A DNA stretch of 64,000 nucleotides from Podarcis erhardii (lineage: Eukaryota). Below are positions 1-13,488 of the stretch, in pieces. The notes beneath the pieces were generated by a model that searched no databases, had not been told where the DNA came from, and saw nothing but the letters and a program-made list of their open reading frames with translations. Location of the stretch: NCBI GenBank assembly GCA_964252035.1, contig OZ176206.1. The stretch is one strand, 5' to 3'. The first letter of the stretch is position 1; each line of letters opens with the position of its first letter. The position numbers and the translations under genes are program-made.

Positions 1-3000
1 ACACACACACACACAGGCAGGCCATAGAGGAAGTGTCGGTTCATCCTCACGTTCCTTTGCTGGGTGTTGAGTTTCAGCTGGCTGGGGCAGCTCTTGTAGC
101 AGTGGAGGGGGAAGGGGAGGGCAAGGCAGGCCGCAAAGAGGAGACCGCAGGCTCCTGATTCATTCACCCAACTAATTGCAAGTGCCCTTTGCAGGAAACT
201 CCTGGCCTTTGGGCGGCTTGCCAGGGACCTCCACGCTGCGCAGCTTCCCCCTCCCAGCTCCGCTTGCGGTCTGGGGCCTGGCTGCCTTCCAGGTTGCCTT
301 TGCACCCTTTTCTGCAGCGCTAGGCAACGGCCCGCTGACTGACGGAAGGTTCTCTTCCGAGTGGCAAAGAAAGCCCTGCTCAGGGCAGACCCAGGCAGAC
401 AGATAATGTCCTCCCCCCACCCCACCACCTCCGCCCTTGCAAGGCTGCTGTTTCTCTTTCCCCTCCTCCCCCAGTCTCTCACCGGAAGGTTCTTGTTTTT
501 ATTTGGAGACAGAACAGGCAGCAGGAGGGTCAGGATCTCTGGATGACTTGAAGTAGAGTGGTAAATGTTAAAAAAGGGGGATAAGAAACAGCAGCAAAAA
601 GACTTTTCCTCCTGTAAACTAGGCTGTTAAAACAAAGAGAGGCTGAAAGGTTGGTGGTGGAGTGGAGGGAAACCAGGAATGGGTTGTTGTTTTTGTGCCT
701 GAAAGGGCTGTGAGCTGAGCTCTGGTACAGACAGCGAAAAGCAAAGCATGGTTATAGCCCCAGTGGGCCCCCCTTTTCCTGACTATGTCTCCCTCCGCCA
801 TCCCATCCATTGCTGCCACTGTTTTACACCTGGCTGTCACTGGTGAGCCTTGGGATCCTTGCAAAATCCAAAATAGATCCCGCAAGCCTGAAGACTTCTC
901 ATACCTAACTGAGCATGTGCTTCATCCCACACTCTTTAGTCCAGGAGGACATTCATAGCTGTCCAAAGAATCCAAGAAGAGAATAAAACAATATTTAGCA
1001 TAAAAGCGATTTGTTCATTTGTTGCATTTATATACTGCCTTACTGCAGCTTAATGCTCGGACTCTGCAGAATTGGTTCTTAATTGGTGTGTGTAGCAGCC
1101 ATTTTCAGCCTGGTACCCTCCAGGTGTTGTTGGACTAGCAGCCCCAGCCACCAGGGCCATGTTATGGTGGGGCAATGGCGAGTTGTAGCCTAGCCAAGCC
1201 ATGAGCAAGGAGAGCTTAGAAAACCAGCTCACTGATTGTCCCAAAAGCAAAGATATGCAGTGTTTGAGTGCAGGGGAGATGGAAAGAGGCAGATGTCCAG
1301 AGCTTGGTTTCCACAAATGCTTTCTTGTGGAAACAGCCCTCCTTTGCTGCTTCATGGTTGAGGTCAAGTGCTTTGAAAGTAGGCAGGTTGCAGCTTGTAG
1401 AGCCTACCTGCATGGCAGATTCTTCCTTCCCTTGACATTTTCTGTTTGGCATCAGCTGCTACCACCTGGGCAAGTCACTTCCTGTCAGCTCTTGAGCCTG
1501 GGCTGTACGTGGGCAGCTTTCCACACTCTCCCTGCCTCGAGAAAGCAGCCAAGACACTCCGATTCCAATAAAAGACTTCCTTGCAAAGCAGCCAGACACT
1601 CTGCAGACTCCAGGCTGCTTGTGTGTTCCCTGGGGGTACAAAAAGCCATCTTGATTCAGAGCCTCTAAGTGAAGCTTGTCCCTGACACTCTCACGGCATG
1701 GGCCTTACTTGCTCCAGATCTTTCCAGTGGATGACAGCCCTGTAACGCTGACTGTAAGAAGGCGATGATGCCTTCAGGGTCGGAGAGCACTGCAAGAGCA
1801 GTGGAGGGCAGTCAGGATGGCTCCTTTAAGCTCAGGGTTAGAGAGAGGCTGTGACCTTCCTCCTAGTGCTGGTGGGCTGGTGCTCCCATCATCCCTGACC
1901 ACTGGCTGTGCTGGCTGCTGGGGGAGTTTGTTTTCCCACTGCCTCTGTAGCTTCCCTACCCTGATCTTCACTCCTCTAGAGGTGTGCACAGCGAAGCAGT
2001 TGAAACTGCAAGGCTGCAGAGGCAAGGTTGCGTTTTCTGCACCAAAAAAGGGCTGGATTCTGTGAGCTGAATCAGTGATTCATTTCGGAATGAATATGCA
2101 ATGCAGAATCCTCTGCTTCGGTCAGCTATGGTGTGTGTGGCAGGTAGGGAGGCAGAGTTGGGGGCTGCAGCCCAAGTCCCTGGTTGTGGCAAGTCCTACT
2201 CAGCTCCTCTCTGGTGCCTGACTGGGGCTTTACCTGCCTTTCTAACTGCACACCTTTGGTCTTCACTTGAAAGGCAAAATGTTTGTTGCTTATAAACGAA
2301 AGCACTCAATTGCATCCCTGTCGCACAAGCTGCCAACTGTTCCCGTTGTGATGGGTGGCTATTCTTCCTTGGCGGGGGGGAGAGTCAATTATCTTGAACC
2401 ATCTAGAGTGCCCCTCTCATCTTCCCTGCCCCCCCAACTTGGTCTGGAGAGATCGCTCAGAGAGCAGAGAGAGTTTTTTTGCAACCTTGTTGGCGGATTA
2501 GCAAAATAATCCCAGGGGAAGAGTTTACCTTTCTGCTGTGTTTGCCCTTATCCAATCAACCCAAACAGGAGTGAAATTATTGTGGGTGGAGCTGGGGTGC
2601 AGGAAGCAAAATCTGTTTCCCCAGGAGGTTAGCTTGACACGAGGATGGGGGAAGCAGGCCAGGGCCTCCAACTGGGCTGGAGAAGCAGCTGCAGCCTTTG
2701 CCAGTGATCTGGAGAGCAGAGTCGGTTTTGCAGCATTTCCAGTTTGGCTTATCAGATCTCTTAATAGGTTGAAGAAGGTTGGTGCTAGGCTTTTGGCTCC
2801 TAGATAGTACAAATTCCCCCAAACAGTTTTGACCATTTTTGCTCCTTGATCCCTGCTGTTTGCCATGCATTTCAGGTGGCACATCCTAAATTCCCCTAAT
2901 GGAAGTGCAAAAATTTCACTTGCCACATGGATGCAGTGTTTGGCTTTCCTTGGGCAGTCATAATGCTTGATGGATCCATAGTGGCAGTTGGACCACGTGG

Positions 3001-4412
3001 CTGGGATTAAGTCCCTCAAACTGCCCGCCTTGTAGCATGTTCCTCCTCAAAGTGCTGCAGTGCTGTCTTAACACCTTCCCTTGGCAGATTGAGAAGTATG
3101 CAGCAGCTGATACATCTCTGGAGGCCATGCAGGGAAAGTGGACTTTGCCATGTCTTGACGCCTTTTTCTTGTGTGTTTCGCACTTCATTTTTTTCCTAAG
3201 CAGTGACTCTGGGAGATGGTTTGGTCCAGTCGAAATCCCTCCTATCTTCCGAGTGGGGCAGGTAGGCAGTCACCCAGAAGCAACTGTTTGCGAGAAGCAT
3301 GTTCTGCAGCCTGAGCCAAAAGTAGCTTCTCCTTTGGAGCTTACCTGGCCAGAGGGAGGAGTGAACAGAGTTCTCTTTGCAGGTTGCTGCAAGTCCCATC
3401 GGGTCAGACAAGCTATCGCCTCCTCCTATTTGTGTACAGAGTGTAAAATCAATTACATAGCCCAGCAGCAGCCACTCATTCAGGGAGAAGTAGCCCATGC
3501 AGAAGGCTTTTATACAGCTCCAATGCCCCAGAACACCAAATGCTGGGGGAAGAAGGAAGCAGCAGTTAAGTGAATAAACCCAGCTCATAAATTCCTGCCT
3601 TCTCCATTTAGCTTTAGCTGCCAAGAGGTGGGTCTGGTGGAGGGTGGAGGCTGCCATTAAAGGCTCTGGCTGCAGCTTCCCCATCTGCCAAGAGGTGGGT
3701 AGAGCAAGCAGCAAGGTTGCTGTCACTTTCTGGTGGTGGAGGGCAGGCTGGATGCCAGGTACCCATGCTCTGTGGTGGTATTTGTGAGTGTAGCCAGGGA
3801 TGGGCCTGGGCACGATCGTTGCCCTCAAGAAGAGCCAGCAGAGTGCTCAAGGCCACGCTCCACCTAATTCTGCCCCCTGCAGGACTGGTAGCTGAGGCCT
3901 TACTGCTGCCGCCTCCTAACTGGGACTGTTGCTTTAGACACCCTTTAGAAATCATGAGCAAATGCGTTGCAGCCCCTTTTCCTAATAAAAGTGGGAGAAA
4001 GATTAACTCAGGAGTAGGGAACCCTTTTTAGCCCAAGGGCCGCATTCCCTCTTGAGCAACCTTCTGAGGGCCAATTGGCAGTGGTGGGCAAAACCAGAGG
4101 CAGACATGGGGAGAGCAAGAAAAGCGAGTGTTGCTTTTTTGTAGTAGGCTCCTTTCTGCACGCACACACATGCACACCCCTATCTAGCTCTGGGCAAGAA
4201 AGAGGCATCCCCACGGTTCAAGGACACATTTCTGGCCAGGCAAGTGCTTTTGAGGACACAGTGAAGAAGGGGCAATGAGAGGCCTGGCCAGGGGAGGGTT
4301 TTGAGAGCCAGGTGCAGAGGCCTAGAGGGCTGCATTTGGCCCCTTGACTACTTAACCATTGATTGTGTGCTGACTCCAATTGCTCAGCTCTCCTGTGAGG
4401 ATGGGTCCTCTT

Positions 4413-4620
4413 TGGGGAAGGAGCTGGAGATCAGTGGCAGAGCTTATGATGTGCATACAGAAGGTTGCAGGTTCAATCCCTGGCATCTCCAGGCAGGGCT
4501 GAGAAGGAAGGACTCCCTGTCCTGAAACCCTGGAAGACCATTGCTACTACCAGCATAAGTGGTACTGAGATAGATGGACCAGTGGTGGCATTTGGTAGAA
4601 GTCAGATTCCTGCAGGCACT
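4413..4620 (+). mobile_element. tRNA-derived SINE (Squam3-like)
   Basis: A/B-box-like head (tcagtggcagagc...ggttcaatccctggcatctccagg) and tail actgagatagatggacc. Other copies lie at about 6535-6695, 31612-31790 and 50893-51060 (+), and 45110-45300 and 54030-54215 (-). Confidence 0.7.
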
Positions 4621-4697
4621 TGGCAGTCCAGACCATTTCTTCTGGCAGCCTCCCCACTAAGTTCATCCTGCCCTTCCTTCCTTCCTTCCCTGCGCAG

Positions 4698-7600
4698 GTT
4701 GATAGAGTTGCACTCGCCTGACAGCCGGAACACCCTGATCCTCCGCTGCAAGGACACGGCCACGGCGCACTCCTGGTTCATGGCCATCCACACCAACATC
4801 ATGGCTCTCCTCCCGCAAGTCCTGGCCGAGCTCAACGCCATGCTGGCCGCCAGCAACACACCGGGGAGCAGCAAGGAGGTCAAGCACATCGCGTGGTTGG
4901 CGGAACAGGTGGGCCAGGAGACTCGAAGCTCTGTGCAGTGGAGGTTCAAAAGCTCTTTGGGATTGCGATGGGGCGTTATTGATGGCCTGAACATAAGAAG
5001 AGCATGCTGGATCAGGCCAGTGACCCATCTAGTTCAGCATCATGGTCTCACGGTGGCCAACCTATCTTGCTTCCCTCCCACCTTTTAGGAGAGATGTCAG
5101 CTGGTGACTGGAGAGGGGACATGTAATCTCTGGTACCTCCTCCTGCCCATGGTGCTTGTGAGGGGAGAACAGTCTTCTCCTCTCTGCCCATCCCAGCACA
5201 GAAGTCCTTGGCTGAGCTTCCTCCTGCAGTGAACTTGACAAATGCATCGGGTGGAGGGTGGGATGCTCGGAAGAGGCTCTGCCATTGGTGGGAAAATCCC
5301 TGCTCTGTATTCTGTTGGATGTATCATTTCAAGGCTGAAAGGAGTCTGGGAGCTGCTGTGCTGTGGGCACTTTGTCTCAGTATTGTTACATTTGCACACC
5401 TTGCTCTAGTCTGTTTCTGCTGCCTTGTTTCCCCACTTAGGCTTGTTAACCCATGGGGGAGGAGAGCGGGTGGGGGGACCCGTCTGTCTCTGCCCTTTGC
5501 AGAGTAGGTGGGCCCAGCGCTGCCCTGGCCCCTCAGACCCTCTGGGACAGCCTTTGCTGGCTTGGTGGCTCTCATGAGCCTCAGCCTGCATGTCAATTTT
5601 GGGCTCCACCTGCTGGCCTGGGGCTGATGGGAGTTGTCACCCCAACTATCTGGAAGGCACCAGGCTGGGGAAAGCTGTTTTAAGGTGTCACTAGACTCTA
5701 GGTGTTTTGCTGCAACTAGTTAGCATGGCTTCCCCTTTGGGTCTTCCTCTTGGTTTTGAGCCGCCCCAGCCCTATTTTTTGTGCTCGCATCCACCACCTT
5801 CAGTCAACAAAGTAAGCAGTTGCTTGGATAATCTGATGCCACAACAACACACTCTTCTTTTACTGCAGATGGAGCTTTAAATGTGTTTTGCACGTGCAGA
5901 ATCGTGTCCTTCAAGTTATTGTTGTGCAGGGCGGAGGGTGGTTTGTGGTAGCTTTCATCCTTCCCATTATTTCCACTGCTGCCTTGAACCCTGCAGAAGG
6001 AATCTGCTGTCAGCAACTTGGGATCTAGCCTTTCTATAGGGCTGGATTCCCGCACCTAGGTAGAGGCAGCAACAGCCCCAGCTTCCTGTCCAGCCAGGCA
6101 TGGCTCCCTGCCAAGGGCAACATGCAGGGCCCAGCCTTGCTTTGCAATGAAGTGGGACCTGTTGCTTGTTTCCTGGGATACGTCTGACCTGTGCCGTGGA
6201 AGGTGCAGGAGAGCCTGGCAGGCAGTGGGAGAGAAATAGGAGCCTAGACTGGAGGAGGGGGTAGGCTGGTACTTGGGTGCTGCAGGGTGAAATCCTGGCT
6301 CTGTGGCTGCCTTGCATTCTGCTAGCAGCAACTGGCAGTTCCTAGCACAGCAGCTCCAGTTCTTGGTCTTCTGTCCCATAGCACAAGAAATAGCTTGGGG
6401 GGGTGGGGGTGGTATGGAACACATGCAAACACCAAGGGTACCCTCCACTTCCTGTGCCTTCTGTTTGCCAGCTTTGAAGTGCCTGAAAGATTGGGGCAGG
6501 GAGGAAATGTGAGTAAAAGGAGCCCCACCCCATCAGCGTTGCATGCCGAATGTCCCAGGTTCCATCCCCGATGGCATTTCCAGATAGGACCGAGAGAGAC
6601 TCCCTGCCTGAAACTCAGAGGAGGCACTGCTGCCAGGCAGTACTGAGCTAGATGGACCCAAGGGTCTGACTCTGCAGAAGGCAGCTCCCTGTGTTGCAAG
6701 ATACGTTTGACACAGGATTGCAATTCATTTCCTTATGATGGAGTAAAAGGGGGGGAAAGGGAGCAGAGCTTTGATTAAAAGGCTCCTGTGTGCTCAAAGC
6801 CTGAGAGCCGTGTGGGAGAGTGACTTTCAGGATCCAGATCCGGCCTTGGGGTGGGAACAAAATATTCCTGTCTCTACAGCTCCTCATAGGCTTGCAAGGC
6901 CGTTACCTCCCTCCTGCACTCTGTTCTCCCTGGCAGGTCCCTTCAGAAGGGTGTGTTCTCCACCCCTTATGTTCTTCCCCTAAATCCATGCTTGCTTTGC
7001 TCATGGAGATGGACTGCCAACAACCCGCCCCCTTTCCCTCTTGTCTTCCCATAGGCCCGGCTGGATGGAGGCCGGCAGCAGTGGCGGCCAGCTCTCTTGG
7101 CCGTGACGGAGAAGGACTTGCTGCTCTATGACTGCATGCCATGGACAAGAGATGCCTGGGCCTCCCCGTGCCACAGCTACCCGCTTGTTGCCACCAGGTA
7201 AGGGAGCAAACAGGTGACTCTGCAAGAGGAAGAGTGTGGAGACTGCCAATCTGTGAACAGAGATGCCCTTGAGACCGGATGCCAGGGAAAGTGCAGATTA
7301 AGGCAGCCTTGCAAACAAATCAACAAACTGACTGACATATGAAGTCCAAGGATGGTAGTCAACAAAGTGTGACCCATTGAAATTAATGGATCATGTTGAT
7401 ACCAGCCTGAGTGTGAGCCCAAGCTGTGTGTGCATACCAAGGGTGATGGTGGGGGGTGGGAGAGATCGGAGGAGAGAGTTGGCTTGTCCCTACCATGCCT
7501 GGCCTTTTGCCATCGGGGGTGGGCTGGCTGAGACAAAAACTTGGCAGCTCTGTGATCTTGCTGGAGAGTTAGGGGTGGGTGGGCTGACAACTTGCAAGAG

Positions 7601-10600
7601 GCTCTCCCTGTCTGGGCAGGCTCCTGCCACATTGCCTGCCCTGGCAGCTGCCGCCGCCAAGCTAGTTGTATTCCCGCCACCCGTTGGAAGCCTCCCCTGC
7701 AAGCCCCCAAGAGGTGTGGCTGCTGGCAGAGGTTTCTGGCAGCATGCAGCAGCTGGATTCAATTAGGGTCCCTCCCAAACCATCCCTCCAGCCAAAACTG
7801 GTTGGAGAGAGATTCTCAGGCCTCAGACCCTGCAGCTTCAGAACTGGCCTTTTCCCACCCCCCACATCCAGGAACTGTAGGGGTTTCTCTCCTGTGCCAG
7901 GTTTGCAGCCACTTGTTGAGTCTGTCGGGTGGATTTCTGGATGGCTTTCCAAGTTTTTAGGGGGGGGGGAGTTTCACAGGTGTGGTTGCTGCTTGCTCTT
8001 TTGACCAACCCACCCCTCCTCCTGCAGGCTAGTGCATTCTGGCTCAGGCTGCAGATCACCCTGCATGGGATCGGACCTCAGCTTTGCCACGCGGACGGGC
8101 TGCCGCCAGGGCATTGCCATGCACATCTTCCGCGTGGAGACTCATCGGGACCTCTCCTCCTGGACCAGAATCCTGGTGCAAGGCTGCCATGCTGCTGCAG
8201 AGCTGGTCAAGGAGGTGTCTTTAGGTAAGTGGCCAGCAGCCCTGCCTCTCTGAAGCCTGGTTTCGGATTCTTGCCTGAGCTGCTGGGCAGGGTGGAGGCT
8301 TGGCCCATTCGCTGCCTTGAGCAGCTGGGGAACCCAGGCCTTGCAGTGTTTGTCTTCCAAGCTCAACAGGAGAAGAGAATGATTCTTTTGTTCTTGAAGG
8401 GTGCATTTTCCTAGGCAAAACTTAAATGCTCAAGCCAGGCTGAAATGTGATCATTTGGGTGTTGGTGCCAGTAAGAGCTACCCAAAGGCACATTTAATCT
8501 AAGGTTCTGTTCTCACAGTACCCAGCCAGGATGCCTAAAAGGAAGCTGGACCTGAGTGCAATAGCAGTGCTCTCCCAACTCATGATTCCAGCAAATGGTA
8601 CGCAGAGGCGTCCTGCAGCTGGTGGGAGAACAGAGCCATTGTGGTTAGTGAGAGGAGAGTACAGCTGTTTGCGTTGATGAAGGCTGATGGTTGCACTGGT
8701 TGCTTGGTAGAAGTCTGGATGATCTCAGAATATTTGGGGGGGGGAGCAAGGTGTATGTAATCCTCTGCTGTCAGGTAAGCTAGTCTGAGCCTTTGAAAAC
8801 GCCTTGGCTCAACCCCACTTATGCAAGATGAAGACGCCTGTAACTCTATCTGCTGGGAGGGAGCCGAGCACCTGGGAGAGAGGAGCTTTTGTTCCTGATG
8901 CTTTCAGAACAGAGGAAAGAGGAGTCATATAGCTCAGGCCTGCATAAGCATTGTCTCAGAACACTTTGAAAAGCCAGGCTTTGGCGCTGCAAGCTGTTGA
9001 AGGAGGAAGATCCCAGGGAACTCTTTGGGCTCTTGGTTTCTCTGGTTTTGTTAGAAGGCTCTCAGAGCTGATTCCCAGGTCTCAAGCTCCCTCTAGAGTT
9101 TGTAAGAGAACAGCACCCATTCTGCACAGGAATGCTTCATTGCTAACACTCTCCTGACTGTGGTATGAGGAGTCTTCTATGAGCCAGGTTGATGTGAATC
9201 GCAGTCCAAAACTTTTGGAGGGCACCCGGTTGGTGATAGTTGGCCGACATTATCTGATTTTGTGTCAGTGAGGCAAGTGGAACTTCAGAGGTAACTGCTT
9301 TTAGGAGCACATGGCTGACCGAGCTGCAATATTTGCTGCCAGACACAACTTGCGCAGTTCAGGCATTTGTTGGCTTGCAGCAAGTGGTCTGTGATCCTCA
9401 TCACTTGTGAAATGCCACTTAGCAGTTTTGACATGCATCATTTCTGGCCTTCATTTTTGCAAAGTATGTAACAGACAGGGGAACACCTGTGGCCTTCCAC
9501 ATGTTGGCCTTCTGATTCCCAGCAGCCAGCCTGGTCAAGGATGAAGAGAGTTACTGTAGTCCAGCAACAATTGAAGGGTCCTCAGATCCCCACCCCAGGG
9601 TTAGTAAGAAGGTCCACACTATATTTGGGGTGATTTAGTATGCATGTAATTTATTTGTTTATTAGCATTTATCAACAGCTTAGTATTTAAAACAAACAAA
9701 CAGCATCATTAAAACAAAAATGCACCCTAAAACCAATAGAACAACCTTGTAAGAGCAAGAAACAAAAATTCAAGGGATCTATCATGAATGGGAATTGGTG
9801 AGCTTGATGGCAAAAGAAATTTATTATTTATTCAATTTGGTTTATTAGTCTCTTGACATATTAAGAAGTCTCCAAGTGACTTACCAAACCTAAAAGCATA
9901 TAGAATGGGATAAAATCAGAACCCAGACCAAGACAAGCAAGCTGTCTTCTGCCACTGTCTAGCTGAACATCATTGCTGGCTCTGATGGAAGGACATAAGG
10001 GGGAAACTCTGCTCCGCTCTGTGTGTGTGTTGGGGAGGCAACTTGACCTGGAAGGACGTGTGCCAGCCTGTGTCCAATGACAATTTGCGTTTTCATGTTC
10101 TAGGGTGTGTCCTGAATGCCCAGGAGGTCCGCCTCATCATCCACTATGAAAACGGCTTCATTATTTCCAAGGAAGAGGCAGGCTCTGCCAGTGTCCTTTT
10201 CCGATACCCTTTCGAGAGGCTAAGAATGTCTGCGGATGATGGCATCAGGAACCTCTACTTGGATTTTGGGGGACCGGAAGGGGAACTGGTGAGTAGAGGG
10301 CCTGGGCCACAGCTGGTGTAAGGGCAGAGGATTTAAATGGGCTGGATCTATGTACTTCAAGGTTCCTTTAAAAAAATAAAATTATTTTTTATAAGTACAA
10401 AATAGGAAAAAAACCTATTAAAACATGTTTTATATGCTCTTGCATATGCAGCAAATTAAAGTAATTTTTTAATCATATAATAAATTGCTGGGGGTGGCTT
10501 CATGGGAAATGATTAATAGATGAAAGAGTAATATTTCATTAATATTAATTAGTAATTAATACTAATTACTATTTTCTATTAAGTTTTCTATTAATATTAA

Positions 10601-10803
10601 TAGTAATTAATATTAATAGAAAAATAATAAAAACTTGCAATTAAAAAACATGTGTTCACCTTATCTCATGTGCAAAGTAGTGACCTCATTGTGTGCTGCT
10701 TCTCCCCCAGACTCTGGAGCTGCACTCCTGCCCCAAACCCATTGTGTTTGTGTTGCACACGTTCTTGTCGGCCAAAGTGACTCGTCTGGGGCTGCTCGTG
10801 TAG
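4698..10803 (+). CDS. SNTB2: Beta-2-syntrophin, 3' part (exons equivalent to human 3-7; earlier exons lie upstream of the window)
   Basis: Exons 4698-4908, 7055-7197, 8028-8224, 10104-10288 and 10711-10803 (stop TAG). All have AG/GT boundaries and consistent phases. They translate to [27 protein letters not shown]..., [12 protein letters not shown]...[23 protein letters not shown], ...[20 protein letters not shown] and [30 protein letters not shown], matching the syntrophin PH and SU domains. Confidence 0.96.
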
Positions 10804-12308
10804 GAGGAGCCAAGGGGCCTTGGTGACATGGCAGTGTCAGCGAACCACAGCAGTAGCAGCACCGAGTCCTGCCTCTGCGATGTTCTCCAGCATCAGTGCC
10901 TTGACCAAGACTTGTGATTGGCAGCTGCATTATAGACACAAGGCCATTGGATGAGCTTCGGCTGGATGCTGCAGCTCTTGCATGAACTGCCTTCCTAGGA
11001 GAGAAGCAGCTGAAGGATGGAAAGGCAGCCAAAGGAGTAAGATTGGGGGGGGGGGATAAGGCGGTCAGGGAGGCTGCATGTCAATCCCCTTGCCTGCCTC
11101 GAGTTCGGCATTGCTCTGAAAACCCCACCGTCGTCTTGGCACCTTGCCATTCAGGATCATGCCCCGTACGAAAGGCAGGTGAGATGAGAGGCGGTCCTGC
11201 CAGGCTAGTAGAGCAGCTCCTGACCTGGGGCATTACAAAGCCATTTCTCCCATATCCCTTTTACCACTTGTGCCTTTTGGTAGAGGAAGGAAAGAGGAGA
11301 GCAGTCATGGCAGCAGTGGCAAGCTGGACCCTGGGCCATTTGCCTGGTTGGGTCGGAAATGCTGTCTTGTCGGGCAACCCCGCCTTGCAGCTTGGGGGGA
11401 GCTTGCATCCTCTGCAGGCGTCTCAAGAGCCGGGCTGGAAATGCGAGCTCCCCTGGTCCTTTCGTTCTGGCAGTTGGGATGCTGCAGGGCTCGGCTCAGA
11501 TTGAAGAACTGAAGCATATGCACTTCAGAGCCACAAGACTCTGAAGGCCTGGAGCAGTAAAGGAGGCCGGCTTTACTTAGTTCTAGGTTCCCTGCTCAGG
11601 CCAAACAGTGACATTTTTGAGCTAAGCTGAGAGCACTGTGTTCCTCTGGGCGGGTGGGGCGGGGTTTGGGTGCTGTGAAATCTGGAATGCCTTCGCCCCC
11701 CAGGGCTGTGGTGCAGATCAAGACGGTGGTAATGAGAAACAGCTAACCTCAACAGGAGGAGGAGCAGCAGCAGTTTATAAACCAAAGCTGAGCAAAGAAG
11801 TCTGTGGTGAGGGTGATGCTCCCCCCTTTCCCCCTTACGAAACGAGTGTCCCTTTCTCCTCATTCCTGTCCACCTTACTACTACTTCTCGGGGAAGAAGG
11901 AATTCATGACAGTGTGAAACAGAACATAATAGCCTTATGAAAGGAAGCACTATTCGGCCCCATTTGTGGTTTTTGCAAAACTCTACCATGTGATGGTCAC
12001 ACACACCCTGATCTTTGCTGCCATAAAGGCCAGGAATTTTATTTTTCAATTGATGGAACTGCGGAACATGCAGCTCTTCCCAGCAAACCCAGCTGGGTGC
12101 CCCTCATACCACAAGCCCATTGCAGGGGTGGGGAGAAGCACTGGGGTCAAGGATAGAGGTTGGTGGGGAAGAGGGCACAGTAGAGCCGCATGCATCCTTA
12201 ACAGAGTGGGGCTTAGCCTCAAGGATTGCAGTGATTACCTAGGAGATCAGAATGGTGGTCCATTTGCCCTGTTTAGTAACATAGAAGCCTTTTACCAAAG
12301 CCCTAAAC

Positions 12309-12434
12309 CAGCGGTTCCCAATTCTCATAACTAAAGCTGCCATAGAGATATCAAAATTTCCAAAAGTAGGGGGTCCATGGCTTGGTTTTTGAAAAACAAG
12401 GAGTCTGCAGTACTTAGCTAATTGGGAACCACTC
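12309..12434. mobile_element. hAT MITE, shorter copy of the 13171-13331 family
   Basis: Same TIRs (cagcggttcccaa / ttgggaaccact) and a shared internal sequence (ccatggcttggYttttgaaaaaca...cagtacttagcta). The 8-bp TSD is degenerate (ccctaaac/ccctaggt). Confidence 0.72.
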
Positions 12435-12554
12435 CCCTAGGTGGTGGAGCAGGACAGGGAAGAGAGAGGGGAAAACCATTTTCCCTGTTCATAATACAGG
12501 CCCCTGAGAATGCTTGAGTCTGAGGCTTTAGGAGACAAGTAAAAGAGAGATAGG

Positions 12555-12556
<2 letters not shown>

Positions 12557-12594
<38 letters not shown>
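12557..12594. repeat. (GT)n microsatellite, about 19 units
   Basis: Read directly from the sequence. An (AC)n tract also occupies 1-14. Confidence 0.97.
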
Positions 12595-12599
<5 letters not shown>

Positions 12600-13170
12600 A
12601 GTGTTCCTGTGCTCCAAAAAAGCTCATTTAGCCATGGGGCAATGCCTAAAAGACGCAAGTCATGCTTGGCTTAGCAGCTGGCCATGGACCAAATTTTGCA
12701 AGAAGGGGGCCAGGTGCTTCTGTGAGTTGTGGTTCCTCTGAGGCGGTAACATCCTCAGGTTTGGGAGGGACTGACTGGGAGGAGTATCTGATAAAAGGTT
12801 GTGTGTGTGTGGTGGCTCTTGTATAAAGAGTGCTTATTCCCAGCAAGGTGGCTTCTGCCTGCAAAAGTCCCAACCGAATATGTAGAGTTGCAGACTTGGT
12901 GTTTTGGCAGAATTCTGAAGGATGTGCTGTGGTAGAAAGGAAAGGGAAGTGTGGTCTAGTGTTGCGGGAGGTGGGCCTTAGAGACATTGGAAAGGGGCTA
13001 CAGATGAGGACTTCAGTCCCTCCCTAAATCCTCTTAGGCCTGTGCACTTTTATTCTGATGATGTCTCAAAGCTAGTCACAGCTTAACAGAGCTTTATAAT
13101 TAAGCAGACATCTGTTCTTTTGTCACTTATGGTCCCACAGAACAGTAGAAAAGAGCGTATTTGTTTAGAG

Positions 13171-13331
13171 CCATGGTTCCCAATTGGTGGTAACCCACCC
13201 AGGGAGTCCGTGGCACCATTCACATAATGTAAGCTGCTGTAGAGCTAACAAAAAATTCACAATTAGAGGGGCCATGGCTTGGCTTTTGAAAAACAGGGAG
13301 TCCACAGTACTTAGCTAACTGGGAACCACTG
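13171..13331. mobile_element. hAT (Charlie-type) MITE
   Basis: TIRs c(c/a)atggttccca / tgggaaccactg and an exact 8-bp TSD GTTTAGAG on both sides. Confidence 0.8.
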
Positions 13332-13488
13332 GTTTAGAGTGTGCATGTGTGCTGGAATTTAGTTGCAAGCAGGGGGCAGGGTTTGGGTCACTTTCAAGGC
13401 TCCTCTCTTGTGTCATTATGGGCAGCAAATCAGTCGGAGTGCAGTTATTGCCTGTGCTTGTGAAAAATTATAAGTATGTATCCCAACA

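Noticed and set aside
172-420. 82-aa minus-strand ORF as the last exon of a nested gene
   Set aside because: There is no recognisable homology, the acceptor is weak and no supporting upstream exons were found.
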